Counted from the stretch's first letter, positions 28,015 to 39,112 are shown. The stretch is 64,000 nt of DNA from Candidatus Yanofskybacteria bacterium RIFCSPHIGHO2_01_FULL_44_24 (GCA_001794215.1 MGJK01000011.1:3170-67169), one strand, 5' to 3'. Translations and numbers: made by a program. The notes: a model not told the origin generated them from the letters alone.

Positions 28015-28098
28015 CCCGTCAGGTTGTCTGGAATTTCAAATACAAATACATGTTTAACTGCGGCTGATTGAGAAACTCAGACAAAATAAAATCCGACA

Positions 28099-28317
28099 CT
28101 ATCTGTCGGAATATAGCCACAGGATAAAGCGTCTTGGCATAAAATAGCCCAGAATAATTGAACCAACAATAACAGAACTAAAGGTCAACCAACTTATTAA
28201 CTCTGAAGGTCCGAATATTCGATTAACCTTGAAAGATAATACTAAGGCTATCATCACGCCCCATACTCCGAAGAGTGTCGTGGCACAAAGTATTCGATTC
28301 TGCCTTTCCCTGGTCAT
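28099..28317 (-). CDS. Two-TM hypothetical protein
   Basis: ATG with GAAGG upstream; two hydrophobic segments. Confidence 0.55.
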   Translation of the reverse strand: MTRERQNRILCATTLFGVWGVMIALVLSFKVNRIFGPSELISWLTFSSVIVGSIILGYFMPRRFILWLYSDR

Positions 28318-28425
28318 AGCTACCTTCTTTCTAAAGTACCCGGGATATTTTTATCATAACCCTAAATGAAGTCAAGGGCTTTTTCCTATGCCTGCGCCAT
28401 AAATTCGGGCAAAAAGAAAACCACC

Positions 28426-28863
28426 TCAATTGGTGGCGCGAAATGACTTGAGAATTTTTTCTAATAATTTTTTCTTATTTTTATCTAAGTCAAACTCCCA
28501 GATACTCAGAGTAATCCGATAACCATCGAAACAGGCTCGCTTACGAAGAAAAGACGGTCCTTTTCCATCCTCTACTAAGTAAACTCTCAAGAAATCCTCT
28601 GACGGCTCCATACAAGCACCTTTTACAACTGATATCTCCATCGTTCCCGCTGGAGGGAGTCCCCCGTTGGCATATTTTTCTAAAGAAATACTGGAGACAT
28701 TGAGAACTCCCCTGTCCTTATCCTCATAGACGATAGACCATTCGGAAGGATACTCCATCCGAAAACCAGTAACACGATTTTTGTATAAAGACCAATTACT
28801 CGATGCGCAACCGATTGTTAAAACGGCACAAAGAACTAATACGATAGAGCCAGTCCGCCTCAT
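28426..28863 (-). CDS. Putative lipoprotein, PsbP-like
   Basis: Lipobox LTIGC; Y.N...GF..EYP.EW and ILKSFR pattern. Confidence 0.65.
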   Translation of the reverse strand: MRRTGSIVLVLCAVLTIGCASSNWSLYKNRVTGFRMEYPSEWSIVYEDKDRGVLNVSSISLEKYANGGLPPAGTMEISVVKGACMEPSEDFLRVYLVEDGKGPSFLRKRACFDGYRITLSIWEFDLDKNKKKLLEKILKSFRATN

Positions 28864-29009
28864 TGAGCCACTCCCCGAAAGTATATAAGTACGCGCTACA
28901 ATGATACTGCTCTTATAGCGCCTGTCAATTCTTCTAAGCGTTGGGTTGACAGATCTGATATTTTCTATTAAAATCTCGAACGAAGCCTACCGGACTCACG
29001 AGGAAAAAT

Positions 29010-29882
29010 ATGGCAGGAAACTTCGTTACCGGTTCACCTATAAAATACCGAAAGAAGGGCAATTGGGAAGAATTTCCGATGAAATTCAGGTGGCAGACCG
29101 GCCTATGGTTCGAGCTCTTTGAAAAACACCTTGATTTGATAGTTGAAGACATCAAAAGGGCCCAAGCCGAGGATAGATTGATAACTTACTTAAGCTGTCC
29201 GATCAGCGGCCGAGAAGGAAGTCATAGTCTAACCAATATCGAGATAACCCGGCATGTCGCCCGACAGCTTGAAACAAAATGGGGCAGCCGATTCTGGGTG
29301 CTTAACCCGGCTCTTTACCAAATGGAGTCGAGTTCCGGAACAGGATTAATTAAGCGGCATGCTCACCTGCTAAGCGCCGAAAAGGGATTGATGCCGGAAA
29401 TCGACATAGAACAACTGCATAAGGAATCCCCTCTCACCGGCGGAGATTATCTGCGTATGTGGACCAAGGTGCTCGTAGGGGACGACGCCGACAATCTTGG
29501 GAATCGATTTGACGCTTTTTACTTTATCGGCCCAGTTGATGTCTGGAATTTTTTCACCAACTCAGGAAACACAGACCTGACCCGGGGAGTCGAAGATTAC
29601 TTCGCAAGAAAAATTGCAACAAACGCTGAATTCCGATCCTGCTTCGGAGAAGCAAGAAAGATTGATGATGCGGAAAGAGAATTCTTTAAATTCTATACCC
29701 TGAAAGCAGGAGCTCACTTCAGTCTTGGCTCTCACGACGAATATAATATTTGGCAAATTCTCAACGTCCTCCGCAGACGAGAGATACGGCCATTAGCCTC
29801 CATTCCCGGCTACTTCGACGGCAGACAGATCGGCCTCGGAGCGGCCGAAACAGAACTTTCTCCTGGCTATGCTATAAACTAA
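29010..29882 (+). CDS. Hypothetical protein
   Basis: 290-aa ORF with YLSCPIS..G and LNPA segments. Confidence 0.7.
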   Translation: MAGNFVTGSPIKYRKKGNWEEFPMKFRWQTGLWFELFEKHLDLIVEDIKRAQAEDRLITYLSCPISGREGSHSLTNIEITRHVARQLETKWGSRFWVLNPALYQMESSSGTGLIKRHAHLLSAEKGLMPEIDIEQLHKESPLTGGDYLRMWTKVLVGDDADNLGNRFDAFYFIGPVDVWNFFTNSGNTDLTRGVEDYFARKIATNAEFRSCFGEARKIDDAEREFFKFYTLKAGAHFSLGSHDEYNIWQILNVLRRREIRPLASIPGYFDGRQIGLGAAETELSPGYAIN

Positions 29883-29953
29883 GAGGCGACGCATTGTCGT
29901 CTTTTTAATTTTAGGAAGTAAAAAACCGAGCTTAGCTCGGCTTTACTCTACTA

Positions 29954-30256
29954 TTACGACTTTTTATCAAAAATCTTATCGTAAATCTGTCCTAACGAAT
30001 TGCGTAAAAGACAAAAAATAGAAATTGCCGCAATCAACCCGACAGATAGATACGCCAGGACGCAAACGAACCAATCGACCATGGGCTCGCCGGACCAATA
30101 ATTCACTGCCAGCATAGCAGAAGATATAAGCATCCAAAACACCGCCCCTACCACCGTAAAGGAAAAAAGTTCAAAACCGAATATAAACGGCCAGGCAAAA
30201 ATTATAGAGAAGAAGAATCCGATGAAGAAAAGGACCTTCGAACCTCGAATAGCCAC
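29954..30256 (-). CDS. Three-TM hypothetical protein
   Basis: AAGGAG upstream of GTG; hydrophobic. Confidence 0.55.
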   Translation of the reverse strand: MAIRGSKVLFFIGFFFSIIFAWPFIFGFELFSFTVVGAVFWMLISSAMLAVNYWSGEPMVDWFVCVLAYLSVGLIAAISIFCLLRNSLGQIYDKIFDKKS

Positions 30257-30269
30257 CGCCTGTCTCCTT

Positions 30270-31844
30270 TCAAAGATCTGTAGTGCTGATTCTATATTTG
30301 TTTTCGGTTTTATGCAATAGGAAAAATATGGCCGAATAAACTACCGCCAATACGGGCAGATTGATAGACACGGGAATAGAGGCAAAGTTTAGCGAGGCAA
30401 AAAATTCTACGGCCCTTATTTGATATATGCCGATTGCCCAAACAATAAAACCGAAAGTCTGACCCAAGAAAGGAGCAATCATGCCCCCTACCCCGGCAAT
30501 AAAACCCGCTAACATGGCATAGGGAACAAAGGGCAGGATCAAAATGTTAGTCGGCAAAGAAACTAAAGAGATGGTTTTAAAATAATAAATTAAAAGAGGC
30601 AAAACCATCATTTGCGCCGATACGGTCATAAGGGCAATCTCCTTCAAGCCTCCTAATTTAGGGAGCCTCTTCAACTTATAGTTCAGCAACGGGTAAAGAT
30701 AGACTAATCCTAAAACGGCTAAAAAGGACAGCTGAAAACCTATATCAAAACTCAGAACAAACGGATTGATGTATATCATAATTGCCCCGGCCAGAATGAT
30801 CGAATTCTTAACGTCGTAGAGCTTGCCATAGCCATGAGCAAATAAAATTAAAAGGCCCATAACCGCTGCCCGGACTACCGAAGACGAGGCCCCCGTTAAA
30901 ATAGTAAATAGCACGATCACCGCCACCGAAATCCAAAAAGCCGCCCTTCTCCTTACAAAAAAAGTTAGGATAATCAGAATAGCTTCCGAAATAATCATTA
31001 TGTTAAATCCTGAAATGGCAAGAATGTGGGTAGTGCTTGTTTTATTGAAAGCTTCCTTAAGCTCTGCGGGTATATTCTGGCGGCTGCCTAACAATATACC
31101 GCTTGCGTAAGACGCAACCGGCTCCGAGACGGATTTATTTATCGCATCTTGGAAGATCTTTTTAACATTGAAAATGCCGCGATAAAGATTAATTTTTACT
31201 TTTTCGAACCGGCCGTAATCTATCTTCCCCGTATCATCCGCAATCAGCGGAAAAGACATGGTTGTCCTGACTCCTTCCTTCTTAAGATAGGTGACGTAAT
31301 CAAATTCATCGAAATTTTGAGGCTCTTTCAGCACTCCTATCAAGAGCAGTTGATCGCCGAATTTATAAACCGGAAAAGAATCGGTTGTTACCAGAGTTCT
31401 CTCTTTTAAATCAAAGGTTCGATTACCGATAATGACCCTCCTTGCGTTAAAAACAAACTTGGTTCTACTGCCCGCCGTTTCCGGCTCTCCGCCAACATAA
31501 CCCTGCAAATGTATCTGGGTTCCCGTTTCCCGACCCTTTGAGTCTTTCAAAAAACTCTTGCTTATACCGCTTAAAATACTATTTTCATAGTTAAAACCAT
31601 TGAAATGCACGATACCGAAAGTAAAAGATACGATTATAAATCCGATTAAAATGCCTATTTTTCTATTTAAAGCTGCATTTTTAGATTTAGATAAAGTCTT
31701 GCGGTAAGAAAAAACTGCCATAATCGAAATACCGCCGATCAGTAATGCCAGGATTTGAGAATAAGATATAATCCAAAAAGACCCGGTAAAAACTCCTACT
31801 ATAAAGGCGAGGAGCAGATAAAACAGCATCTGGGATTTGTGCAT
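30270..31844 (-). CDS. comEC: ComEC/Rec2 competence membrane protein (no MBL domain)
   Basis: HILAISGFN, SVVRAAVM, GFQLSF; start approximate. Confidence 0.93.
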   Translation of the reverse strand: MHKSQMLFYLLLAFIVGVFTGSFWIISYSQILALLIGGISIMAVFSYRKTLSKSKNAALNRKIGILIGFIIVSFTFGIVHFNGFNYENSILSGISKSFLKDSKGRETGTQIHLQGYVGGEPETAGSRTKFVFNARRVIIGNRTFDLKERTLVTTDSFPVYKFGDQLLLIGVLKEPQNFDEFDYVTYLKKEGVRTTMSFPLIADDTGKIDYGRFEKVKINLYRGIFNVKKIFQDAINKSVSEPVASYASGILLGSRQNIPAELKEAFNKTSTTHILAISGFNIMIISEAILIILTFFVRRRAAFWISVAVIVLFTILTGASSSVVRAAVMGLLILFAHGYGKLYDVKNSIILAGAIMIYINPFVLSFDIGFQLSFLAVLGLVYLYPLLNYKLKRLPKLGGLKEIALMTVSAQMMVLPLLIYYFKTISLVSLPTNILILPFVPYAMLAGFIAGVGGMIAPFLGQTFGFIVWAIGIYQIRAVEFFASLNFASIPVSINLPVLAVVYSAIFFLLHKTENKYRISTTDL

Positions 31845-31961
31845 ATCAGAAAATTTCATAAACAGTCGATAGGGAAATCGTAACAAAATTTACATAAACA
31901 AAAAAGATTAACGTTCTCCGCCAATTGGCGGATCGCTGCCTCCCATTCGGTTTAGTGTGAC

Positions 31962-31994
31962 CAAGCAAAAAGGAGGATCACCTCCTTTTTGCTT
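31962..31994. terminator. Intrinsic terminator after nrdJ
   Basis: AAGCAAAAAGGAGG-ATCA-CCTCCTTTTTGCTT. Confidence 0.7.
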
Positions 31995-32045
31995 GATCTT
32001 TTTCATATTTGTTCTGTTAATTTTAACCGAACAAATTAAAATAGC

Positions 32046-34961
32046 TTAGTTGCAGACCCCCGTTGTGGCAAAACAGTTCGGACAAGAATAGCATGATCCC
32101 GCTTTTATCATCATGGTTCCGCAGCTGACGCATGGCGGAGCGGTACTCTCGTGGAATGCACCGACAGAATAATCATTCTGAGACTGGGTTTCTGCGGCAG
32201 CTAACGTGGCTTCTGCTTCCGTTTCGCTCGAAGAATTTATCTTGGACTCTCCAATAACCATTTCTGAGTCTCCGTAGGCCTGTGCCGATCCGAATATTTC
32301 CTCCCTATCCTTCGGATTTAAGTACTTCATGCCTAAATACCTGAATATATAATCGATAACGGATTTAGCCGTAGGAACTTGCGGATTATTGGTGAATCCG
32401 GACGGATCAAAGCGCATATCTTTGAATTTCTTAACAAGGGTTTTAAGAGGTACGCCGGACTGCAGGCACATGGAAATAAGAGTGGCGATAGTATCGAACA
32501 GGCCCGAAATAGTACTCCCCTCCTTGGCGGTGGTGATAAACGTTTCTCCGGGCTTTCCCGTGTCAGGATATAATCCGACAGTGAGATAACTCTCATATCC
32601 TCCTATGGAAAACTTATGAGTGACCGAAGGCCTTTCATCAGGCAGTTTGACCCGGGTATAACCGTTAACCTTTTCCACCAACTGCGGCTTAGCAACCGGA
32701 TCATTAATATCGGAAGCTAAGTTAACTTTGGCTTGAGGCTTAGCCGCGTCATTTGTAAAATCATCCTTTTTGTCTTTGGATGTATTGAGAGGCTGAATTG
32801 ATTTTGATCCGTCCCGATATATGGCTATGGCCTTCAGCCCTAATTTCCAGCCCTGTATAAAAACGTCCTTGACGTCTTCAACTGTGGCATCATTCGGCAA
32901 ATTAACCGTCTTTGATATTGCTCCGGAGATAAAAGGCTGAGCCGCGGACATCATTCTTATATGACCCATGTGGCCGATGCTCCTCTTGCCGTTCATGGCC
33001 TTGAAAGAACAGTCGAATACCGGAAGATCGTCCTGAAGAAGATGGGGGGCGCCTTCAATTGTTTCTTTCACGAGCAGATAGTCGGAAATTTCTTTGACCT
33101 GATCATCTGAATATCCCAACCTCCTGAGAGCAGTCGGAACTTGATTATTAACTAACTTCAAAACTCCTCCGCCGACTAATTTTTTATACTTAACCAAAGC
33201 AAGCTCCGGTTCAATGCCGGTAGTATCGCAATCCATCAGAAAAGCGATGGTTCCGGTTGGAGCCAAGACTGTAACTTGCGAATTTCTGATTCCATGTTTT
33301 TTACCGAGAGCAAGGGCGTCATTCCACACAAGTCTTGAATGGCTTAAAAGATAATCGTCGTAAACTCCATGTTCGACTGATTGGCGATAAAGCTTTTCTG
33401 ATTCATCAAGATGTTTTGATAAAACTCCCAGCATCGGCGACCGATTGGTTTCAAAACCGTTGAACGGCCCTTTTATATCAGAAATCAGAGCGGACATTCT
33501 ATAAGCTTCCCCGCACATAAGGGAAGTGATCTGACCGGCCATCAAACGTCCGCCATCTGAGTCGTAGGGCAAGCCCAAAAACATCAAAAGCGATCCGAGA
33601 TTGGCATAACCCAATCCAAGCTCCCGGTAATCTTTCGCATTTTGATCTATTTTCTCGGTAGGGTAGGAAGAATTATCAACTAAAATATCCTGAGCCAGAA
33701 TCATCGTATCTACAATTTTCCTGAATAAATCCGTATCGAAAGTGCCGTTATCCCGGGCTAACTTAAGCAAGTTGATGGAGGCAAGATTACAGGCGCTATT
33801 GTCCAAATGCATATACTCGGAGCATGGGTTAGAAGCATTAATTCTGCCCGTATTGGGACAAGTATGCCATTCGTTAATGGTTGTGTCGTACTGCATCCCG
33901 GGATCAGCACTATGCCAAGCCGCATCAGCAATCCAGTTCAAGACTTCGCGCGCCGGCAGTTCTTCGATTATCTTGCCGTTTACAACTCCTTTTAGTTGCC
34001 AAAGGCCGTCGCTTTCTACGGCTCTCATAAACTCGTCGGTAACTCTGACCGAATTATTGGCGTTTTGATAAGGAAGAAGCGTGTAGGGGTTAAACAGATC
34101 CGCTTCAATTGAATCCTTAATTCCGCTCAGTTCAAGAGCCTTGGTCATATCCTCAATAATCTTTTTGCAGTAAATAAAATTCTTAACATCAGGATGATCA
34201 ACATTTAGAATAACCATCTTGGCCGCCCTGCGGGTTGTACCGCCGGAACGGATTGCATTAGCAACGCCATCGGCACCCTTCATGAACGAAACCGGACCGG
34301 AGGAAAACCCGCCCTTAGAAAGAGGCTCCCTGGATGACCGAAGTTTTGAAAGATTAGTTCCTGAACCGGAACCGTATTTAAAAATCCATCCTTCATCTCT
34401 GTACCAATCCAGGATGGACTGCATGGTATCTTCAACTGAAAGTATGAAACAAGCTGAACACTGAGGCTTTTCATAAACACCGACATTAAACCAAACCGGA
34501 CTATTGAATGCGGCAAATTGGTTGACTAAAATCCACCTTAAATCGTTTGTAAAATTAAGTGAATCCTCTTCTGAAGCAAAGTAACCGTCTTTAAGTCCCC
34601 ATTTTCCTATAGCAAGGGCGACCCGATCAATCATTTGGCGAGCGCTGTATTCTCTTTCCGGAGTATCGAACTGTCCCCTGAAATATTTTGAAGCTACGAT
34701 ATCAGTCGCTGTCTGAGTCCAAAAACTCGGCACTTCAACATTATTTTGTTCAAAAACAACCGTTCCGTCGCTCTTGGTGATCCGAGCGGTTCTTCTCTCC
34801 CATTCAATTTGATCGTACGGATTGGTTTCCGAAAACAAAGAGTTCCAAATAAATCCGCTTTTTAATATCCTGCTCCCTAAAGAATGGTCTTTCCCATTGC
34901 CGTGAGCATGCGAGTTATTTATCAGATCAGAGTATTCAACTGTGTTTAGTTTTCTATACAT
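32046..34961 (-). CDS. nrdJ: Class II (B12-dependent) ribonucleotide reductase
   Basis: QCSACF, ASNPCSE, ACNLASINL, APTGTI, GAISKTVN, YRDGSK, C-terminal CxxC...CxxC. Confidence 0.96.
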   Translation of the reverse strand: MYRKLNTVEYSDLINNSHAHGNGKDHSLGSRILKSGFIWNSLFSETNPYDQIEWERRTARITKSDGTVVFEQNNVEVPSFWTQTATDIVASKYFRGQFDTPEREYSARQMIDRVALAIGKWGLKDGYFASEEDSLNFTNDLRWILVNQFAAFNSPVWFNVGVYEKPQCSACFILSVEDTMQSILDWYRDEGWIFKYGSGSGTNLSKLRSSREPLSKGGFSSGPVSFMKGADGVANAIRSGGTTRRAAKMVILNVDHPDVKNFIYCKKIIEDMTKALELSGIKDSIEADLFNPYTLLPYQNANNSVRVTDEFMRAVESDGLWQLKGVVNGKIIEELPAREVLNWIADAAWHSADPGMQYDTTINEWHTCPNTGRINASNPCSEYMHLDNSACNLASINLLKLARDNGTFDTDLFRKIVDTMILAQDILVDNSSYPTEKIDQNAKDYRELGLGYANLGSLLMFLGLPYDSDGGRLMAGQITSLMCGEAYRMSALISDIKGPFNGFETNRSPMLGVLSKHLDESEKLYRQSVEHGVYDDYLLSHSRLVWNDALALGKKHGIRNSQVTVLAPTGTIAFLMDCDTTGIEPELALVKYKKLVGGGVLKLVNNQVPTALRRLGYSDDQVKEISDYLLVKETIEGAPHLLQDDLPVFDCSFKAMNGKRSIGHMGHIRMMSAAQPFISGAISKTVNLPNDATVEDVKDVFIQGWKLGLKAIAIYRDGSKSIQPLNTSKDKKDDFTNDAAKPQAKVNLASDINDPVAKPQLVEKVNGYTRVKLPDERPSVTHKFSIGGYESYLTVGLYPDTGKPGETFITTAKEGSTISGLFDTIATLISMCLQSGVPLKTLVKKFKDMRFDPSGFTNNPQVPTAKSVIDYIFRYLGMKYLNPKDREEIFGSAQAYGDSEMVIGESKINSSSETEAEATLAAAETQSQNDYSVGAFHESTAPPCVSCGTMMIKAGSCYSCPNCFATTGVCN

Positions 34962-35268
34962 TGAGATATTTTTTTAAAAAATTACCGCACAAGGCGGTCG
35001 TTATTGCCTTATCAAGAAGTTTTAAGCCCGCTCTTTTTGGGCGAGGCTCGCTTCCAGAGAAGAAGCGGCCCGCTTTAAGGCGGGGTTAATTCAATAGCAT
35101 CTACTTTTTAAAACTAAACTCATCAATTTAATTTTAGCCCTTTCAAAAAAATATTTCAAGAATAAAATTGTTGATAACCCCGATATTTTAACAACCAAAA
35201 ACGGACCGAAGTCCGCTTTTGGTTGTTAAAATCAAAAAATGAACTTATTTTTAAAATAAGCTGTCCCG

Positions 35269-36453
35269 TTACTTCATCTTCCTTCGAATAAAGGCGGGGA
35301 TATCGAACTCCTCCTCGCTGACAGACGAATCAACAAACTCTCTTACTTCTCTTGAAGACGCCGATCCGTTTCCGACACCACCTCCGTTGCCGTTAGTGTG
35401 GCCATTGGCCATTTTTCTGGAATCAAAATTAGCATCAAATAAGTTGGGTCTCTGCGGAACCGCCGCGGCCAAACCCGGTCTTGCCGAAGATTGGTGTCCA
35501 TTCGTAAATCCGGTCGCCACTACTGTTATCTTGATCTCTCCCTTCTTAAGCTTATCATCGAGCACCGCTCCAAAAATTACTTTGGCATCCTGATCAATAT
35601 GTTCGGTGATTATGCGGGCCGCTTCGCTGATTTCAGCCATTGCAAGATCAGTTCCTCCGGAAACATTGAATAGTACTCCCTTGGCACCATCAATTGAAAC
35701 CTCCAACAAAGGAGAGTTGATAGCCGTCTTAGCGGCCTCTATCGCCCTATCTTCTCCGCTGGCTCTGCCTATACCCATCAAAGCTGATCCTGAATTAGCC
35801 ATAACCGCTTTGACATCGGCAAAGTCAACGTTAATTATTCCCGGAACTGTTATTAAATCAGAGATACCCTGAACGCCCTGCCTCAAAACATCATCCACGA
35901 TCGCGAAAGACTCTAAGAGGGGTGTCTTCCGGTCTATTATGGACAGCAAACGGTCATTAGGAATAGTGATCAGGGCGTCTACTTTTTCTCTTAAAATATG
36001 CCAGGCATCTTCAGAGATTCTCATACGCTGAGCGCCTTCAAAACTGAATGGCTTGGTAACTACGGCAACAGTCAGCGCGCCTAAGTCGCGGGATATGTCA
36101 GCAACAATCGGGGCAGCTCCGCTTCCCGTACCTCCGCCCAAGCCGCAAGTAATAAAAACCATATCAGCGCCCTTTAAGGCATTTTGAATTTCTTCTTTGG
36201 TATCTTCGGCGGCTTGCCGGCCGATTTCCGGATTCATGCCCGCACCCAAGCCCTTGGTCAGGCTCTTGCCGATATGGACTTTGGTCGGAGCATTTGTATT
36301 ATGCAAAGCCTGAGCGTCGGTATTGACGGCTATAAACTCGACGCCATGAATCCTGGCCTCGATCATCCGAGCTAAAGCATTATTGCCGGAACCTCCGCAC
36401 CCAATGACCTTTATCCTGGCAAAAGTTTCAAATGCCGGTTTTATTTGAGCCAT
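35269..36453 (-). CDS. ftsZ: Cell division protein FtsZ
   Basis: GGGTGSG tubulin motif, NVDFADV, DIPAFIRR tail. Confidence 0.99.
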   Translation of the reverse strand: MAQIKPAFETFARIKVIGCGGSGNNALARMIEARIHGVEFIAVNTDAQALHNTNAPTKVHIGKSLTKGLGAGMNPEIGRQAAEDTKEEIQNALKGADMVFITCGLGGGTGSGAAPIVADISRDLGALTVAVVTKPFSFEGAQRMRISEDAWHILREKVDALITIPNDRLLSIIDRKTPLLESFAIVDDVLRQGVQGISDLITVPGIINVDFADVKAVMANSGSALMGIGRASGEDRAIEAAKTAINSPLLEVSIDGAKGVLFNVSGGTDLAMAEISEAARIITEHIDQDAKVIFGAVLDDKLKKGEIKITVVATGFTNGHQSSARPGLAAAVPQRPNLFDANFDSRKMANGHTNGNGGGVGNGSASSREVREFVDSSVSEEEFDIPAFIRRKMK

Positions 36454-36556
36454 AGTCGATTCTCTAAATTAAAAACTTAAAACGAAAAATTAAAAATTGG
36501 ATCTATCCAAGGCCAAACCGCCTTAATTTTGCGCTTTTCGCTTTAAATTTTAAACT
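36454..36556. repeat. Heptamer-arm hairpin (family A) upstream of ftsZ
   Basis: AAATTAAAAACTTAAAACGAAAAATT ... AATTTTGCGCTTTTCGCTTTAAATTTT. Confidence 0.7.
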
Positions 36557-36608
36557 ATCTTCTAACTTGTATTATCACAAAAGGAAATAGAGCACAAGGA
36601 ACACCCCC

Positions 36609-36617
36609 TGTGGATAA
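36609..36617 (-). promoter_or_regulatory. Consensus DnaA box between ftsA and ftsZ
   Basis: TGTGGATAA = reverse complement of TTATCCACA. Confidence 0.45.
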
Positions 36618-36640
36618 AATGTGTACAAGAATCCCCTACG

Positions 36641-37885
36641 CTATGGGAGAAAATTCTTAAACCATTCCTTCAGTTTTTTAAACGATTCGCCGTTATCGGA
36701 GGAAAATCCTCCTTTTGACTTGGGTCCCTCCGACTCGCTTTGAATCCCCCACATTACCAGGCCGATGGCTACAGCAAAAGACGGATCATCCACTATATCC
36801 GCAATACCGTCGACATGCAAAGCTCGAGCTATTCTTACAGGAAGCTTAAACCTTTCTTTAGCTAAGAGAGCGATGCCCGGAAGATTGGCCCCTCCCCCGC
36901 TGAGCACTATTCCAGCCGGCAACAATCCTCCGCGCGGTATCTTTTTCAACTCATTACCGACTACATCAAATAGTTCATGAACACGTGCGTCTATAGCCCT
37001 GACTAACTGCTTCTTGGGCAGTCTGAAATTATCTTCTCCTAACAATTTAGAAAGATCAACCTCGCTTTTCTTTCTTAAGTCTTCCGCATCGGATGTTGCA
37101 CCATGCTCAAGCTTCACGCGTTCCGCCACATCAATAGAGGTTCTCAATAAAACAGCCAAGTCGTTGGTGATATGCCTCGATCCGATCGGCAAAACGGAAC
37201 TGTACAGCATGTCCGACTCTTCAAAAACCGCCAGGCTGGAAGTTCCGCCTCCAAAATCAAGATTAATTACTCCATATTCTTTTTGATTCTTATCTAAAAC
37301 AGCAAGGGATGAGGCTAAGGGGGCATAAACTAAGCCGGACACCTCAATGCCGACAGCGTTGACGCACTTTGCCATATTTCTCAAATAAGGCGACAGGCCA
37401 TCGATGATAAGCACTTCGGCTTCAAGCCTTACACCCTTCATGCCGATCGGATTTTTTACATATTCAACGCCGTCAACGATATAGTTACGAGGGACTACGT
37501 GAATAATTTCCCTATTGGCAGGCATACTGATCACAGAAGCCGCTTGAATAACCCGATCAATATCGCTTTGGGAAATTTCATTATCGGCTCTTGATACGGC
37601 TATTACGCCCCGAGAAATTTGAGTCCTTATGTGCAAACCGTTTACGGCAAGATAGGCTCTCTTGATCTGATTGCCGGACATAGCTTCGGCTCTTTGGACC
37701 GCGGTACGTATGTTCTCTACGGTCTCTTCCATATCCACCACCGCTCCCTTTCTCAAACCGTTAGAGGGCGCACTTCCGGCTCCTAATATTTCGGGGGTTA
37801 AATTGTCAGTATTAAAACGGGCAATAATTGCCTTTACTTGAGAATTGCCTATATCGATTCCGCTGATGATGTGCTGCTTTGCCAT
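36641..37885 (-). CDS. ftsA: Cell division protein FtsA
   Basis: GIDIGNS, P.GMKGVRLE, DFGGGTS, ITNDLA, LSGGGA. Confidence 0.97.
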   Translation of the reverse strand: MAKQHIISGIDIGNSQVKAIIARFNTDNLTPEILGAGSAPSNGLRKGAVVDMEETVENIRTAVQRAEAMSGNQIKRAYLAVNGLHIRTQISRGVIAVSRADNEISQSDIDRVIQAASVISMPANREIIHVVPRNYIVDGVEYVKNPIGMKGVRLEAEVLIIDGLSPYLRNMAKCVNAVGIEVSGLVYAPLASSLAVLDKNQKEYGVINLDFGGGTSSLAVFEESDMLYSSVLPIGSRHITNDLAVLLRTSIDVAERVKLEHGATSDAEDLRKKSEVDLSKLLGEDNFRLPKKQLVRAIDARVHELFDVVGNELKKIPRGGLLPAGIVLSGGGANLPGIALLAKERFKLPVRIARALHVDGIADIVDDPSFAVAIGLVMWGIQSESEGPKSKGGFSSDNGESFKKLKEWFKNFLP

Positions 37886-37986
37886 TCAGTTCATCAAGTT
37901 TCTAAAGTTATAAAGTTCTTAAAGTTAAAACTTTATAAACCTTATAAACTTTCGACTTTTTACTGAAAATTATGCCACAAAAAAAT

Positions 37987-38454
37987 CTATAAACTTAATC
38001 TATCTAAAATAACTTGCTCTAATCTCTCCATTTCTCTTGCTTCCGCGGCATGATTTTCATGATCATATCCGGCTAAATGCAAAAACCCATGGACGACCAG
38101 CCGGGCAAGTTCGGTTTCTACAGCTATATTCTCTCTTTTTGCGGCCTTTTTGGCAAATGAAGGGTAAATAAAGATATCCCCAAGGTCGGTAGCATGCAGT
38201 AAGTAGTTAGTAGTGAGTAGTTTCTGGAGAGCGCCGATAGACATCGGAAAGGACAATACGTCGGTGACTTTATTCTTATGACGATACTTATTATTAAGCT
38301 CCTTTATTTTAGACTCCCCTACTAAATTAACACTTATCCCCACGTGCTTACCCTCCATATTTAATTCCCGCATACCGGCTTTGATAATATTTTCGAAAAA
38401 ATCCTTCTTCAAGGTTTTATCGGCGGTTAAATTTCGGAAAGTAAGGTCCAACAT
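37987..38454 (-). CDS. ybeY: rRNA maturation RNase YbeY
   Basis: TDVLSFP, LGDI, HGFLHLAGYDH. Confidence 0.95.
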   Translation of the reverse strand: MLDLTFRNLTADKTLKKDFFENIIKAGMRELNMEGKHVGISVNLVGESKIKELNNKYRHKNKVTDVLSFPMSIGALQKLLTTNYLLHATDLGDIFIYPSFAKKAAKRENIAVETELARLVVHGFLHLAGYDHENHAAEAREMERLEQVILDRLSL

Positions 38455-38527
38455 TAGAAAGATCTTATCACGGATTTAATTTTTTTGGTATTACCAATCA
38501 AAAATCGGCTCTTGGGCCGATTTTTGA

Positions 38528-39019
38528 TTACTTTGAGAGCTCTTCTTTGACTACCTTACTTACGAAAGTGCCGTCAGCTTTACCTTTGACCCTGGCCATA
38601 ACGGCGCCGATGACTTTGCCCATATCTTTGATTCCACCCGCCCCAACCGTTGCAATTACCCTTTTAACTTCTTCTCTGACGGCTTCTTCCGACATCTGCT
38701 CCGGCATATAAACCATGAGTATTTCCATTTCTTTCTTCTCTTTTTCGGCTAAATCTGAGCGATTGCCCTTCTCGTATTGCTCGATTGAATCTTTTCTCTT
38801 TTTTATCTCAGACGAAAGAACCTCAATAATCTCCTCCTCGCTCAGCTGACTTGCCTCTTCGAGTCTTGCACCATCAGATTCTGACTTGCTAAGCTTGGCT
38901 CTTTTTTCCAGCTCTCTCGATTTAACGGAACTCAAAACCAGTCCCAAAACCATCCGCTTATTGGCATTGCCAGATTTAAGAGCTTCTTTAATATCCTGAT
39001 GAAGCTTCGCTTTCAACAT
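38528..39019 (-). CDS. GatB/YqeY domain protein
   Basis: KKRKDSIEQY..GNR.DLAEKE, YMPEQMS, DMGKVIG. Confidence 0.93.
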   Translation of the reverse strand: MLKAKLHQDIKEALKSGNANKRMVLGLVLSSVKSRELEKRAKLSKSESDGARLEEASQLSEEEIIEVLSSEIKKRKDSIEQYEKGNRSDLAEKEKKEMEILMVYMPEQMSEEAVREEVKRVIATVGAGGIKDMGKVIGAVMARVKGKADGTFVSKVVKEELSK

Positions 39020-39112
39020 GGTGAATTAACCCAATTACCCTCATTGACCTAATTTCTAAAAAATTCCCAAGTCCCAAATTTAGATCAATTAGAAATTAGG
39101 ATAATGAGAAAT
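39020..39112. repeat. Periodic-arm hairpin (family F), related to 39875-39966
   Basis: AATTAACCCAATTACCCTCATTGACCTAAT ... GATCAATTAGAAATTAGGATAATGAGAAAT. Confidence 0.75.
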
